Below, piece after piece: positions 13,342 to 26,404 of a stretch of DNA of 64,000 nt. A program made the translations under genes and the position numbers. This DNA is from Entomortierella parvispora E1425 (taxonomy: Eukaryota > Fungi > Mortierellomycota). The stretch covers positions 1,426,001 to 1,490,000 of the forward strand of contig BQFW01000008.1 in NCBI GenBank assembly GCA_020891255.1. The letters run 5' to 3'. Below the pieces are notes generated by a model. It was not told the origin of the DNA. It ran no database searches and worked only from the letters and a program-made list of their open reading frames with translations. Position 1 is the stretch's first letter; each line of letters begins with the position of its first letter.

Positions 13342-15837
13342 ATGAGATTAAAGACACTCTCAACCTTCATCGGAGCCTTGGCCCTGGCCGCTGTCTCGAC
13401 TGCTCGACCAGAGTTGATCATATCAGAGGACCAGCGTGGACTCATCTTCATTGGATCCTTTGGCTTTCTCCCGGGCGGAACCCTTGCACTGGATCTCAAG
13501 GATCTCCACGTATGAACAATAGCGCAATCCTGTGATACTATTTTCCCCTGTCTTGGCCCCTGTTCCTCGATGTTTTCCACTCGTAGTCGGAGAATGTTGT
13601 CCTGCAAAACTACGTGTCAGACTGCCACTTGATCGTCTCTCAAAAAGGGATGTTTTCCCTTCCCTTCCCACTCTCTTCCCACTCTCCACCGTTGCTATTG
13701 TCCTGAGACTGATAACCGGACGGGTGTTTGACTCTAAACTTATAGATCCAACGCTACGAAGGAGACAATGGAGAAGAAAAGAGGATTGGCTTTTTGATTC
13801 AGCGTGGCCCCTCAGATGCAGATACAGTTGATTGGGAAGAGGGCTGTATCCTCGACGACGAATACTTCAGGGATGAACTGGAACTAGAAAAGGAAAAGGA
13901 ATCGAAGCGTATCGAGTTCCTCCCTCTGGATGACACAAAATCAACGTAAGGATGCATCAATGGGCAAAGGTTGTTTCTGTACATGTCAGAACATTCAGCT
14001 GAAACAACACCCGCCAACCTCTGAATAGGTTCACCTACAAACATGAAATCAAGAAAGGCGAGGAAGAGATGTGGAGCATGCTGTTTGTCAATTGCCCCCG
14101 AAGCATTGTCTCTTTCAAGGTACGATAGATGACACAATTGTTTCAACATTATCCTTGTGGTCTAATAATGTGCATGCCTTTCATCCATAGCTGACCACAA
14201 CCGAGGTGAACCCAGGGAACAACTACCTGAGTGCTGGCGATATTCCATTGCCCAAGGTTTATGGAGCGGCAGCCGTGGCCTACTTTATTGCTAGTGTTCT
14301 TTGGGCCTCCATGCTTTTGCGCAAGGACACCAAGGTCTTTTGGCCTCATAAGCTAATGTAAGGAAGGGCATTGATGCAGCACTGCCCTGTTTGACAAATC
14401 TTTATCTAATCATATCTCTCATCTTAGCTTTGTTCTTGCGGTGATGATTGGCATCCAAAAGACGTTCCAAGCTGTAAGACGAAGCCCTTGCAGCATAGAC
14501 ACAGCTATTTGGGGACTTGTGTAATGACCAGCGCTGACCCTTTCTTTCTTTTCTGTCATCTTTTAGATTAAAGTCTACTTCATGGGCAAAGGAGTCAATG
14601 CGGAGGGCTGGACGGTCATGTTTTACATTTTTGCATTGTAAGGACAACCGATCCTCACCACTCTGTCAAATGACACCATCCGTTGTCCCTGTTGTCTAAC
14701 TAGACGATTTTTTTATCATTGTACGATTGAATAGCCTCAAGGGATCTCTCAGTGTGCTTATTATCACGCTAATCGCTTCGGGATGGATGTTGTAAGTGAG
14801 ATACCAAGATTGTACTTTCTTACCCGTTCTCTTATCCTCTGAGTAGCCTTTTCTAAAACTCTTTGCATTTCTATACCAGCATCAAGCCATTCTTGTCGCA
14901 AAAGGATAAGAAGATCATTATTGTGATCATCCCTCTCCAGGTAAAGAAAACGAAGGCGGGGCAAATTTGACCGTAGCTCTGTCAGCCATTTAATTCTGAC
15001 TTTTTAATACATTATGTCATCATGTCTAGATCTTATCTAATGTTGCGTCAACAATCAGCAATGAGACGGCCATTGGATCTATCAATTGGTCCTTCTGGGT
15101 GAGTTTTACGAAAAGTTTTCTGTATGATGGTGTCTACATCTTTGTACCTAAACGATTTGATGCCTGACAATCTCATTAGACCCAAGTATTCCCCATGGTG
15201 GATCTTATCAGCTGCATTGTCATCTTGGGAGTCATTATCCAAACACAGCGCCACTTGAGTGAAGCTGCTGAAGCAGAAGGAAAAGGTAGTTGTCGTTGTC
15301 CTTGATCGATTCTGCTATGTTTCGCATCTATATTTTCGATCTAACAACAACCATTTTTTTTTTTTTTTTGCTGAATCCCTGTTAGTGGCCGAGAACAAGA
15401 CCAAATACAAGCTGTGGGGCTCATTCTACCTTGTAACGGTGGTCTACATCTATTTGACGAGGATCATGGTTGAGTTCTTAAAGGTCGCTCTTCCATACCA
15501 GTACGTGCAGTGGCTGGTTGAGCTTTTAAACGAGGCTATTACGTTGGGCTTTTACGCCACTATTGGGTATGTCGAGGAATGTTATTTTAAATCGTACTCC
15601 ATTGTCGGCGTGCGACGCCCTTGATACGAATTGGAAACTAACCCTCAATATGTTTGATGTCAACCCCATATTCGAATATCCAGATGGAAGTTCCGACCCT
15701 ACGCCAATAACCCATACACTTTGATTGACGAGGAAGACCTGGATCGGGATGATATCGAGACGGGCATCAACAGCGAAAACGTTGGTCTTCAAACAATGTC
15801 CAGGCGTGAGGGAAGGAATACGGAGCACGATGAGTAA
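13342..15837 (+). CDS. GPR107: GPR107/GPR108-like (lung seven-TM/GOST family) membrane protein with signal peptide; many exons
   Basis: Signal peptide MRLKTLSTFIGALALAA; FGFLPGG; NPGNNYLSAGDIPLP; IASGW..IKPFLSQKDKKIIIVIIPLQ|ILSNVA; YLVTVVYIYLTRI; GYKFRPYANNPY. Confidence 0.88.
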
Positions 15838-15995
15838 GAAAAAAAAAAAAAGTACAGTTGACATTCAAGACTAAATAATATTTGCATTCATGACTTCCTC
15901 TGGGTATGTTGAGTTGAGTTTGTTGGCGCTTTTGTGTTTTATTCCTACGCGACTACTATGGTACAAATAGATGTGATTGTTTCGACATTTACTTT

Positions 15996-17315
15996 TCACT
16001 GAGGCAAAATCTTTTTGATTTCTGAGAGGTATGATATAAAAAAAATGGGCAGAGGCGTTTGATTAGAAAAAGACTGGAATGCACCATGGAGGAGCAAACA
16101 GAATAAAGAACAATTGATAATTACCAGCAATGATTCCTTGGTACGCAACAGTTGCTGGTGACTCTGGGTATTCTTCCAGGAACGACAAGCCCTGGTCGCA
16201 CGATTTACCTAGAGACCGACATTGAAGAGTTGAGTATGATAAAAAGGAGAAAAAAATACAGCCATAGTTGCCATAGATATAATCCATTTCATCCCTCAAA
16301 GAGTTACTCACCGATACGTGGATCAAGAGGAATACTGCCCAAGAACCGGGTCTTTGTATCCTCACACATCTTGCGCGCTCCTCCTGTTGTTGGTGCAAAG
16401 ATCACACTCTCGCCCTTACAGCTAGGGCAGACGAATCCAGCCATATTCTCGACCACACCAATAATGGGGATCTTGACTTTTCGACAGAAATCAATCTCCT
16501 TTCGCACATCCTGCAGAGCGACCTCTTGTGGGGTGGTGATCAAGATGGCTCCAGTGATTCCAGACTCCTTCAGGTATTGCACAACAGACAAGTGCTCATC
16601 CGAGGTACCTGGAGGGGTATCGACCACCAGATAATCAAGGTCGCCCCAGTCCACATCCTTCAAGAACTGCTTGATCAATCCGTTCTTCTTGGGTCCTCTC
16701 CAGATAATGGCATCGTCGGCCTCCTGCAAGATGAATCCAATCGACATCACACCCAAGTTATCGGTCACATACACAGGGGACCATCCACTGTTGGATTGAT
16801 GAATCTGTTCACCATCCAGTCCAAACATCTTTGGGATCGAGGGTCCGCAAATGTCAATGTCCATCACTCCAACCTGTGTCTCTTCGTCGTGGGACAATGC
16901 AAACGATAGCTGTGTCGTGAAACTGCTCTTGCCCACTCCGCCCTTTCCTGACAAGACCAAGATCTTGTGCTTGACGCCTCCCATCCGGTCATTGATCAAG
17001 GGCAAGTCTGGATCAGGCCCTTTGGGTGCTGTCGCACACACATTCTGGTTTGGACATCCGTCGCAGGCGCTCGACTTTCCTGCTTGCTCGCTCTCGGTTC
17101 CCTATGGCATCAAAAGGAGGAATCCCTGTTAAAATTCAGCTTTGATGGGCGTCACAAGACTGCAAAGCTGACAAAAGGAGACCAAAGTCCAGTGGCGAAT
17201 GCCCAAAGTCCATCTGAATGTACACAAAGAGGGGTAACCACCTCAACAATAGTCATCAGTTATTGCCAAGACATACGGGACAGTGCTCGGGTGCGTTCTC
17301 TGGTGCTGGTGCCAT
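15996..17315 (-). CDS. NBP35: Cytosolic Fe-S cluster assembly factor Nbp35 (NUBP1)
   Basis: N-terminal 4-Cys cluster CP|[22 protein letters not shown]; deviant P-loop GKGGVGKS; [10 protein letters not shown]; [10 protein letters not shown]; CPSC; PLDPRIG. Confidence 0.96.
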
Positions 17316-17898
17316 GGGTAGAATAGGTGTGATGGTGATGAATAATGAAGAGAAACGAAGAATGCGAAGCTGCCACCAGCTCAGACACAAATTTGTCATC
17401 TCAAGAGATCAGAAACCCTTAAGTTCTCCGAGATCCGCCGTTGTTGCTCACTGGATATTCCACTGCTCCCTCCACTGCCCCACCACATCTTGCCGTGGCG
17501 TCTATCTCACCAAGGTCCAAGAATCACAAAATCTGCAATGTCTCGAGAAGAGATCCTCGCTTTTTTTATTTGAAAAAAAAATGTTTGTAAAAAAAAAAAA
17601 AAAAAAAAAAAATGGAAAAAAAAGAGAATGCTACCTTGATAGGCAAGGTGGAGCGGGTTTGGTTGGAACAAGAAAGCAAATGGATACAAATACAGGAATC
17701 GGCGACTTGGCAAGAACCCCCAGAGAAAACAAGGGAAATGAGGTGCTGTGTGTTGCATGCAAGATTATAAAGTACACCCGGCGAGGTAGGGGTTACAAGC
17801 GTTGAGGCGAGGAATGAAAGAAAACTGAAGTATAACACTGATCATGGACAAAGTCAATGTTCAGGGTGGTTCATGGGCGAAAGAAATGAACAGACGAC

Positions 17899-20800
17899 TT
17901 AGTCGCTGCCGCTATCAGAGTCGCTATCAGATCCAGAAGAGCTGGAGCTGCCACTGGAGCTTGATGAGTAGCCCTCGTTCGTGCTTGGATGCGATCCAAC
18001 TATGAAAGAAAATAGAGTGGACAACACAGTTAGGACCAGTTGGAGAGCATGGTACTTTCATACAATCAATCAAGGACATACCCTTTGAACGCGATGCAGG
18101 CTGATCAAACTTTTGCAGCGTGCGCTCAAGCTCGGTAATCTTTTTGGTGGCGTCAGCTTCGGAGTATTGCACCTTGGTCTTCTTTGGCACAGGCTTCTTG
18201 CGCTTTGCTGTATTCTTCTTGACGTATTGATACAATTTGAAGAGAGTCTTTGGATCTAACAAGTCCATGTCAAGCTCGATCTCCTCTTGACCTCCATTCT
18301 ATAGAGCATACAAAATGAAAAGAAAAGTTAGTTCTGGCTTCTCTAAGCATGATATCAAAGCCCGAAATGAGAATGAACCCTTACATCTCGGAGGTGAGGC
18401 ATGCTACTGTGGATGATCTGAACAACGTTCGCCAATTTGTCTCCTTCAAAGTTGTTGATCGCTTCGCTGAGTTCTTTCTTTTGCTCAAAAGTGACGGAAG
18501 GTACATCCTCTTCGCTGCTGCTGCTGCTGCTATCACTGCTGCTGCTGTAGACAGGTCTCGAGCGTTTGACAGGAGCCTTCTTCTTTTCCGGGACAGGTGC
18601 CTTCGCAGGTACTGGCTTTGGTGGAGCTTTTTGAGGTGTAGTCTTGGAGGCGACCTTTGGCTTGGCTACCTTCTCAGGTGCAGGCTTGGCCACAGGCTTC
18701 TTCTCCGACTTGTCCTTCTTCTTGGAAGCCTTCATCAGCTTAAGTTTTTCAGACAGTGTCTTTAGATGTCTCTCCATCTCTGCAATTCTGTCATCTGCAA
18801 GGAATCAAAAAAAGGCACGACAGAGGTAAGTACTTTGACCTAGGAAGCGCGTCTTAAAAAAATATTTCAATACGTACCAGAAGAATCCGCCTCATCTTCC
18901 GACTCTACCACTGGTGCAGGGGCTGGTGCTGGCGGCTCTTCGACAGGAGGTGTGGGTGGTGGGGGACGATCAGCCCACTTTGTGTTGAACAGCTGTTCCA
19001 TTCGGCGTCCCATATTGTGCACCGGTGTACCAACCGGGTTAAACTTGAAACAGTTCCAGAGAACAAGTCGAACATCGGCCTCAAACTGCGACGCGTTTTC
19101 ATATTCGCCTTCCTCCAGCTTTTTGCGCACTGTCGAAATATCCATGGGGTTTTTGATGATCTTGGGATAATCAGGGATGTTTAGTGCAACCCAATCAACA
19201 GGCTCCAAGAAGGGGAACATGAACTCGGTATTGGCCTTCTTCGCGAATTCCCTCAGGATGGCATGGCAATAACGCAGCTGGGCATCCGCCTTCCACTTGG
19301 TCGATCCCTTCTTTTTGACAGAGATCGCTGTAGGAATTTCCTTGGAGGGGGCGTGAATGTCGCGCTTAGGACGGCGTTCTTCCGAATCAGCTCTAGAATG
19401 CGAATTCAAGAATCCAGCAGATCCTGAAGCAGTAGCAGAGACTGGAGAAGAAATAGACTCCTTCTTGACAGGTTCCTTCTTTACTTTCGGTGCAGCAGGG
19501 GCTTTCTTAGGGGATGTTGCTGAGACATCGGCTGGCTTTGAATTCTATCATCGAGTGGAGAAAGGTACTGTCAGGGACAAGATCATGAGAGTAATACCAT
19601 TATCCATGTGCCAGGATACATCCTACCTCTTTGGGCATGTGGCGCAGAGAGCTGTTCAGCGATGATTCCAGGTTGGAAGCACAGATAGAGATGGTTGCCT
19701 CCCGTCCATTGTAAAGGTAGCAGTTCGAGAAAATGAGGTTGAGATCTTGCACAAAGTCTTCAACAGCATCATATTCCAGATCAGCGAGCTTTCGCTCGAC
19801 CGTCGTGAGATCCATGGGATGCTTCACCACGAGAGGATAGTCTGGAATTTTAAGGAGAACTGGATCGACCGGATGGATGAAAGCTGGGGCATCTCGATGT
19901 CTCTTGAGTTGCTTGATGATGGCGGTGCAGTATTTGAGCTGCTCTCGGGTCATAGTAGGCTTACGGGCACCATTCAAAGCTGTTGAGGGCGCAGAAGGCG
20001 CTGGGGCAGGGTTCGTAGCTGAGGTCATGATATGAGGCACAGTAGGGGCGATGAACGGAGCAACGACGGGGGCGACAAACGTGGCATTTGGCGCAGCCTC
20101 TTCTGCTTTGACTCCGTTGGAAAGTGGGGCGTGAATAGGAGCAGGTGACGCTTGATAGAGCGGAGCAACGTGGCCATTCAACGAACTGTGCATGGGTAAA
20201 GGCTGGAGGATTAAAGATTCGACAAAAGAATGAAAACAACAACACAGAGTTAGTGCGCGTATTATACATCATTGTGGAGAGCATGCGGTGGCTCAATCTC
20301 CTCTTGATCACAAAGCGTCTTATGGCCTTTAAACATGGATATCGCTGGGGGAAGTTGCGAAAACAAACACACGGCAAGGTAGTGTGTGGACACATAAATC
20401 ATCTTTATTCACCCAAGACCCACCCACATTGACATTCATACCCGCACTCACACACCATCGACATTTTGGGTAATATCCAAAGTATAGACGACTCACCTTT
20501 GAGACTTCAATATTGTCAGGAATCCGTGACTCTGGCGTCAATGCCACCGTTGTGACGGCAGTCGTCGGGGCAGGAGGATTTGGCAATACATTTGTCGCCG
20601 AAGGCGCGTGTGGAAGTGAAGTCGGGACATTCATATCGCTATCTACCGTCTGTTCTGAGTTACTACGGTCTGCTGCGACTGGGCGAGAAAGGTCGAGTGA
20701 TGGCACAAGGGGATGCTGGTCTGCCGTCGATGATGCAGAGGGTGTCACCACTGCTGGAGTCGAATAGGGAACCCTGTCATCGTCTTCTGCCTTGAACTTT

Positions 20801-21040
20801 TTTAATGATCCTTCCTCGAGAGTTTGAGAAGAGTGATCGTTGGGAATAATCGGCGAGTGTCTGCAGATTGATTGAAAGGAGAGGAGGCGCAGAAAGGAGT
20901 TTTGATTAGCATCAGGTCGATGCTGACAGGCGGGAAAGGGGTGGGGTAGAGGGGATGAAAAGGGAGCAAACTTACCCATTTTCTTGAATAGTATGATCTT
21001 CCAATGGTCGCTTTTTGACCTCTTCTCCATTAGACATCAT
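17899..21040 (-). CDS. BDF1: BET-family double bromodomain protein Bdf1 with ET domain
   Basis: Start MMSNGEEVKKRPLE (first intron GTAAGT..CTGCAG); BD1 PAFIHPVDPVLLKIPDYPLVVKHPMDL..CYLYNG; BD2 FPFLEPVDWVALNIPDYPKIIKNPMDI..CFKFNP; ET VTFEQKKELSEAIN..ELDMDLLDPKTLFKLY; Ser/Asp tail. Confidence 0.95.
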
Positions 21041-21285
21041 GACAAGGCTTTAAGAGAGATTAGGACAAGGGACAGGCAATGATAGAACGATAAGGGGGCT
21101 TGATGTGACAAGGGGGAAACCAATCCGATGAAAAGGGTACTGACAAAGTGAAAAGGGGGGGAGAAAAGACGATTTGTTTGCGCGAATGAATGAGCACTGT
21201 GGCAACCAACAAAAAGGAAACGAGAATGCACGAGTCGCGGGTGGAATGAATGAAAAGAATGAATGGGAGAGCTACGAGTGAGCGA

Positions 21286-21309
21286 GTGCGTGCGTGCGTG
21301 CGTGCGTGC
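21286..21309. repeat. (GTGC)6 microsatellite between the divergent BDF1 and U2AF1 genes
   Basis: Directly visible; alternating purine-pyrimidine. Confidence 0.9.
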
Positions 21310-22017
21310 GGGATGGGGATGAAGGTGAAGTAGGCAGTCAAAAAGGAGGGCAAGTAGGCAGGGTTGGCTTCAGTCGGTCCGTCAATCAGAGGTTTGAGAG
21401 AGGGAGAGAGGGAGTGAGGCAGTGAGGGGGGGAAAGCGAGGGAAGGAAGAGACTGGAGGAGAAGGAGAGGAGTTTGAAAGAAATGGAAAGAAAAAGAAGA
21501 GAAAAAAAAAAAAGAGAGAGAGAGAGTGACAGCCAAAATAATTTTTATAGTCTGCCCCAGTTTCGCTTTTGCGTTTTTTTCTGTGACGTGTTTCTCTTGT
21601 TTGAGGAAGTGTGCTCTCTCCTCTCCTCTCATTCCCTCTCACTCGTCTCGCGCAGCCTCTTGCGTCTCTTGCGTCGCCTTCATCCCTCGCCCCCCTCTCG
21701 CTGGTCGCACGGTGGCCAGTGCTGGCAGTTCTGTCTTCTCTTCTTTCGGAGGGACGAGAGGAGAGACCATCCTCCGGGCAGTCAGTGGCGCAGTCTTTTG
21801 TTCTGCACCGCGGGAATGACATATTGGAGAACTCCCTGGCACATCACATGATGTGATATGTCTCAGTGGCTTAGTCATTCTTTCTCCCCTGCCCACTGAT
21901 GGTGGCAACATGCTCAAGGAGATCTTTGCCCCACCGTCCCTCGCTCCTTTGTTTCCTCACCTCTCTTCTCATTCCTATATTGACCACATCATACCATCCC
22001 GTGTACTATAACCATCC

Positions 22018-22913
22018 ATGGCCACCTATCTCGCATCAATTTACGGAACAGAGAAAGACAAGTAAATACAAAGCCTATGGTGACTTTCATGGAACTGGCA
22101 GACGACAAAATGGGCAGCCACTCTAACTAATGATGCCCATCCTTTTACTTCATTCTTTTCTTCTTTTTTCTTTTCCAATGTTAATGCTTTTCTCTGCAAT
22201 TTTCATTGATGCACCAGGGTCAACTGCTCCTTCTATTTCAAAATTGGCGCCTGTCGACATGGAGATCGCTGCTCGCGTAAACACGTCAAGCCCAACTTCT
22301 CGCAGACCATCCTCGTTCCCAATGTCTATCACAACCCCTCCCATGACGCTGGCTGCAATCTGACAAAGGCCGAGATCCAGGAAGACTTTGACAACATTTA
22401 TGAAGACTTTTTCGTCGAGCTGGCGAAATACGGCGAAATTGAAGAGATGCACGTCTGCGACAACATTGGAGATCATCTCGTCGGCAACATTTACGCGCGA
22501 TTTAAATACGAGGAGGACGCAGGAAACGCAGTCGAGAGCTTGAACAACCGATTCTATGCTGGCAGACCTCTCTGGGCGGAACTTTCACCGGTTACGGACT
22601 TTCGCGAAGGTGAAGAACTGACTTGCTCTTTTTTGCAGCGATTATTATTATAATTAATTGAATCGAAAAAACTGACTTTTTCTTTGTTAATTCTGTTTTA
22701 GCCTGCTGTCGCCAATACGAAAACTCAGAGTGCACTCGAGGCGGTCTGTGCAACTTCATGCATCTCAAATCTGCAGACAGGAACCTGAAGCGGGAACTCT
22801 ATGCCTCACAGAGAAACTACCTGAGGGAGAAGAGGCGCGAGGACAGACCTAGAGAGTCAAGTCATGGAGTGGCAACACATGAGGACGTGGAGCCACCAAG
22901 CTATACTGCTTAA
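22018..22913 (+). CDS. U2AF1: Splicing factor U2AF small subunit (U2AF35/U2AF23), 3 exons
   Basis: MATYLASIYGTEKDK|VNCSFYFKIGACRHGDRCSRKH; UHM VCDNIGDHLVGNIY; ELSPVTDFRE|ACCRQYE..CTRGGLCNFMH. Confidence 0.97.
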
Positions 22914-23006
22914 GGTGTAATTGCAACAGAGTGTGTACCTAGAATGGTATCAGGAAAATAAATTATGAAGTCCGTTCAAACTTTTATTGTCGGGTATGAA
23001 TGTTTG

Positions 23007-25240
23007 TCAAACAGAAAGCTCAGTCACCATGCCATGCATGTTTCTCAGGCTGTTGGTCTCATTGCATTCTTGAACAAGGTCACGGTTCGCTTTCCACGTC
23101 CGAACAGTCGCGTCGTCCGAGCAGCCACTCAGCTACATGGAGAATAAAATACTGAATGCGTCAATACCACTAAAAGCTTTAAACATGGAGTAGTGTAACA
23201 GCAGGATCACTTCAAGTTACCTCCGTCCCTTGTCCGAGATCTCGAGCCCAATCAACCCCTGTAACCTCACGCTCAGGGCCTTGGAAGATAAAGGGCTTTT
23301 TGTGAGGCCGAGCAATCTCCCACACATACAAGTCCTTGCTTGATCCAGCTGCAATATATCGGCCATCCGGCGAGACGCTGATCTTGATATAGTAGCTTGA
23401 GCATGCGAACCCACTTCCTCCGAAACTCTGGATCGGACTGTCAAGCGCCGTTGTGTTGTACATGTAGATATGGTTGTCCGAGCTGACTGCAAATAGACTC
23501 ACACCGTCTGGAGAGAGAGCCATGGATGTCATGCCGTGTGCGCGCTTCGTAATGGGTGTGTACTTTGAAGCTTGGATGGGTGTTGGGAATGTATGTCGGA
23601 AGTAGCTTCCGTGATTTCTTACGTCCCAAAACTTGATCGAGCTATTCAATTAAATAATTAAAATACCAATTAATGACCATGAAAGACATCGCAGCATCAT
23701 TTAGAGACGTTCGTGATAGCCCCAAGGAGTCAGTTCATCAGACATACCCATCGAGTGAGCCAGTAGAGGCAAGAATGTTATCATTGTGGAGCATGTACTG
23801 TACTGCCGAGGCGGTGTTGGCGCCATCTGATCCATGCTTGGTTTTTTTGGTTGGGGCAGCCCTACGCGTGCTCGTATGAACGTTGATGAGTCTGTCTGCA
23901 GGTCTGTAGGAAATATCTCCTCGGGGTGAGGCTGTACTAGAGCACCGTACATCCCAAATCATCACATTGCCATCGCGCGCTGCTGTTGCGAAAATATCTA
24001 CGGTTGACAGGAACATTGCATAAGTTCACACGTCCGAGCCAATTCCGGGTCTACTAACTAGAGGGTACGCCAGGACTTACTGTCGTCGCTTTGCTTCATA
24101 GAAATACTCTTGATACTTCCACTATGTCCAGAAAATGTTCCCAGACACTTTTTGGTTTCCACATCATGTAGCCTGGCTGTTTGATCGCCCGATACGGAAA
24201 CCTAAGTTGAGATGAAGCACCATTGTTAGATGGGCACGCACTCCAATCAAGGTGGAACTACTTTTCTTGGTTCAATGTCACTCACAATCTTGGAGTCGTC
24301 CCTTGTCCAGCAAAGGTCGAAAATCGCGTTCTGGTGTGCTAGAATTTGTGTGGTGCTAGCTGCAAATACAGAGAAAAGAACGTCAGTCATAAATCCCGCC
24401 GGGAATCATTCATCTTTTCTGATCTCTTGAGACGCTACCTGGGTGGGAATCATCTTTCTTTGTGTTGACGATATGGATCGCACCATCTTCATCTCCAACG
24501 GCCAGATAACGAGCGTCATTGGCAACTATTCAAAATGCATCAAAAGTTAGATCGATATCAATCTCCAGAATGCCAATGATAAACTGAAAGCGAGTGATAT
24601 TCATTGAGTTCCACCACCTACCATTGTTGTAAGCGCAGGAAAATGGTGGTACCAGCGTCGACCCGTCCTGTGAAATAAAGGTATAAACGTCTGAGGGCCT
24701 TGATATATAGTCCAATAAAAGAAACCGGGTTGACACTAGCAATCAAAGACTACGATGATTAGGAAGCAGATAGATAAACAACGACACTAAACGCCACTCC
24801 TTGACGCCGCACATACCATAACACGGTTGACAGCGTCGTCGACCAAACGTTTGTATCCGTGCCAAGGTGGAGGTCATGCCCTGCGGCCGATTTGACCTGA
24901 ATGAGCGAGAGGGAACTGTAGATTTGGTGCAAAGATTGGATGGCGGCTGCGTCTTGCAGTTGATGCTTGAGATGATGCCAGAAGTCGTGTTAATGGCATT
25001 GAGAATGTGCTTTTGTGTCGAAGAGTCAGAGTCATCTAGAGCAAGCTTGAGAGATCTCTTTCGGCCAGCGGATCCAGCCTGAGCAGCTGAAAAGATCTCC
25101 AGGAGCCGTCGCGAGGGGACATTGTTCTCCTCTCCTGTGCCGGCGCATGTTTGACTAGAGGCAATCTGTTGTGTGCGACTGGATAATGGCCGCTGGGAGA
25201 TGTCTGCCAGAGGCGACCTCCGGGACGATTCAGCGGGCAT
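23007..25240 (-). CDS. CDT2: WD40 protein Cdt2/DTL (CRL4 substrate receptor)
   Basis: PPFSCAYN; LAVGDEDG; AHQNAIFDLCW; SGDQTARLHDVET..FSGHSGSIKS; FATAARDGNVMIWDVRC; DGSIKFWDVR; SSYYIKISVSPDG. The order of repeats fits DTL. Confidence 0.88.
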
Positions 25241-25419
25241 GCGGACAATATGGATAGGGTTGAGGGTGCAAGGAAGGGGAGAGGGGTAAAAAGGCACGTC
25301 GCCAAGGGTAGAAAAGATGAGAGCGATTGATTGTTTTGACCAGAAGGGAAGAGGCGCGTGAAGGGACAATGGAGTGGAGAGTGAATGGGGAGAAAAGAGC
25401 AAGAGAAAGGCACACAAAG

Positions 25420-25425
25420 ACGCGT
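25420..25425. promoter_or_regulatory. MCB-like element ACGCGT, within 10-bp palindrome AGACGCGTCT, ~180 nt upstream of CDT2
   Basis: Exact MluI site, plus GCGCGT at 25354-25359; cdt2 is an MBF/MCB target in fission yeast. Confidence 0.4.
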
Positions 25426-25510
25426 CTCGACTCAAACAGAAAACACAGGTCACTCAGCCACCGTGTGCTCAAAAAACCTTTAATATTTTAGTCTAATTTT
25501 TTATACGACA

Positions 25511-26404
25511 TCACCAGCTGCTCTCACCGCCGCCGAAAAAGTCGCCACCGCCACCGCCACCGCCACCTCCACTCTGGTCAAAGAACGAAGATCCACCGCC
25601 CCCTAACCCACCGCCTCCACTTCCGAATCCACCTCCGTCCTGGTTGAAGAATCCGCCACCAGAACCCGAGTCAAGGAAGCCTCCTCCAGAACCTTGGTTA
25701 TAGTCGTTTCCGCCCCAGTTTCCACCTCCGTACCCGTCGCTTCCTCCAAAGAATCCGCCACCAGCATCGTTACTATGATCATAGTATCCGTTGTTACCGC
25801 CGAATCCACCACCATATCCTCCACCGTGATTCCCACCAAACGCTGATCCCAACAGGGAACCGGCAAGAAGACCTGCCATACCTCCCTTTGCGAATCCGCC
25901 CATACCGCCTCCAGTATTTCCATAGCCATATCCAGGTTGCTGGGGGTACTGCTGGGTCATTTGGGGATACCCCGAAGTTTGTCTCATCCGGTTATAGTTT
26001 TGCATATTTTGCTCATAAAGAAGCACTTGTTCGCGGAACTGAGCTGCGTCGTTGGCGCCACTAATTTGGCCGTTAGGGTGATCCCACTGACGAACACCAG
26101 TTGTGGTATTTACATAGAACAGATGCTTGCTTGTAGGATCATATTGACACACCCTAGACGCCAGGTCCCCACAAAAACACAACTGTTAAAAAATGACGAA
26201 CAAAGTAACAAACATAAAATCAAAGGCGCGAGACCCTCGATCTGCTTTTTTCCTCTCGTTCATTCGTATTTAAGGAGTGACTTACCATCCTTTTGGAAGA
26301 TCGTAAGAACGCGGTATAGGGAACACTGGTGGAGGGGGAAGTTGGCCTGTGCGATAGGCAGTATTTCCACCGGAAAGTCCTGAGCTGGACAGACAAGAAC
26401 CCAT
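25511..26404 (-). CDS. WW-domain, Gly-rich protein (Wwm1-like), 253 aa, 2 exons, predicted N-myristoylation
   Basis: MGSCLSS N-terminus; WW LPKGW|VCQYDPTSKHLFYVNTTTGVRQWDHP; glycine-zipper-like GGMAGLLAGSLLGSAF; G/F/D-rich tail. Exons 119+643 nt give 254 codons. Confidence 0.85.

Noticed and set aside
17571-17625. Long poly-A runs here and at many intron ends
   Set aside because: Ubiquitous in this window; no target-site duplications or retroelement bodies next to them.
20329-21030. ORF-track BDF1 N-terminus MEKRSKSDHW
   Set aside because: It reads through an intron; the spliced start is MMSNGEE at 21040 in another frame.
21849-21900. C/D-box-like ATGATG..CTGA upstream of U2AF1
   Set aside because: Imperfect C box, too short, no terminal stem or recognisable rRNA guide.
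22740-22913. U2AF small subunit lacks a long RS domain
   Set aside because: A short tail is normal for fungal U2AF23-type proteins.
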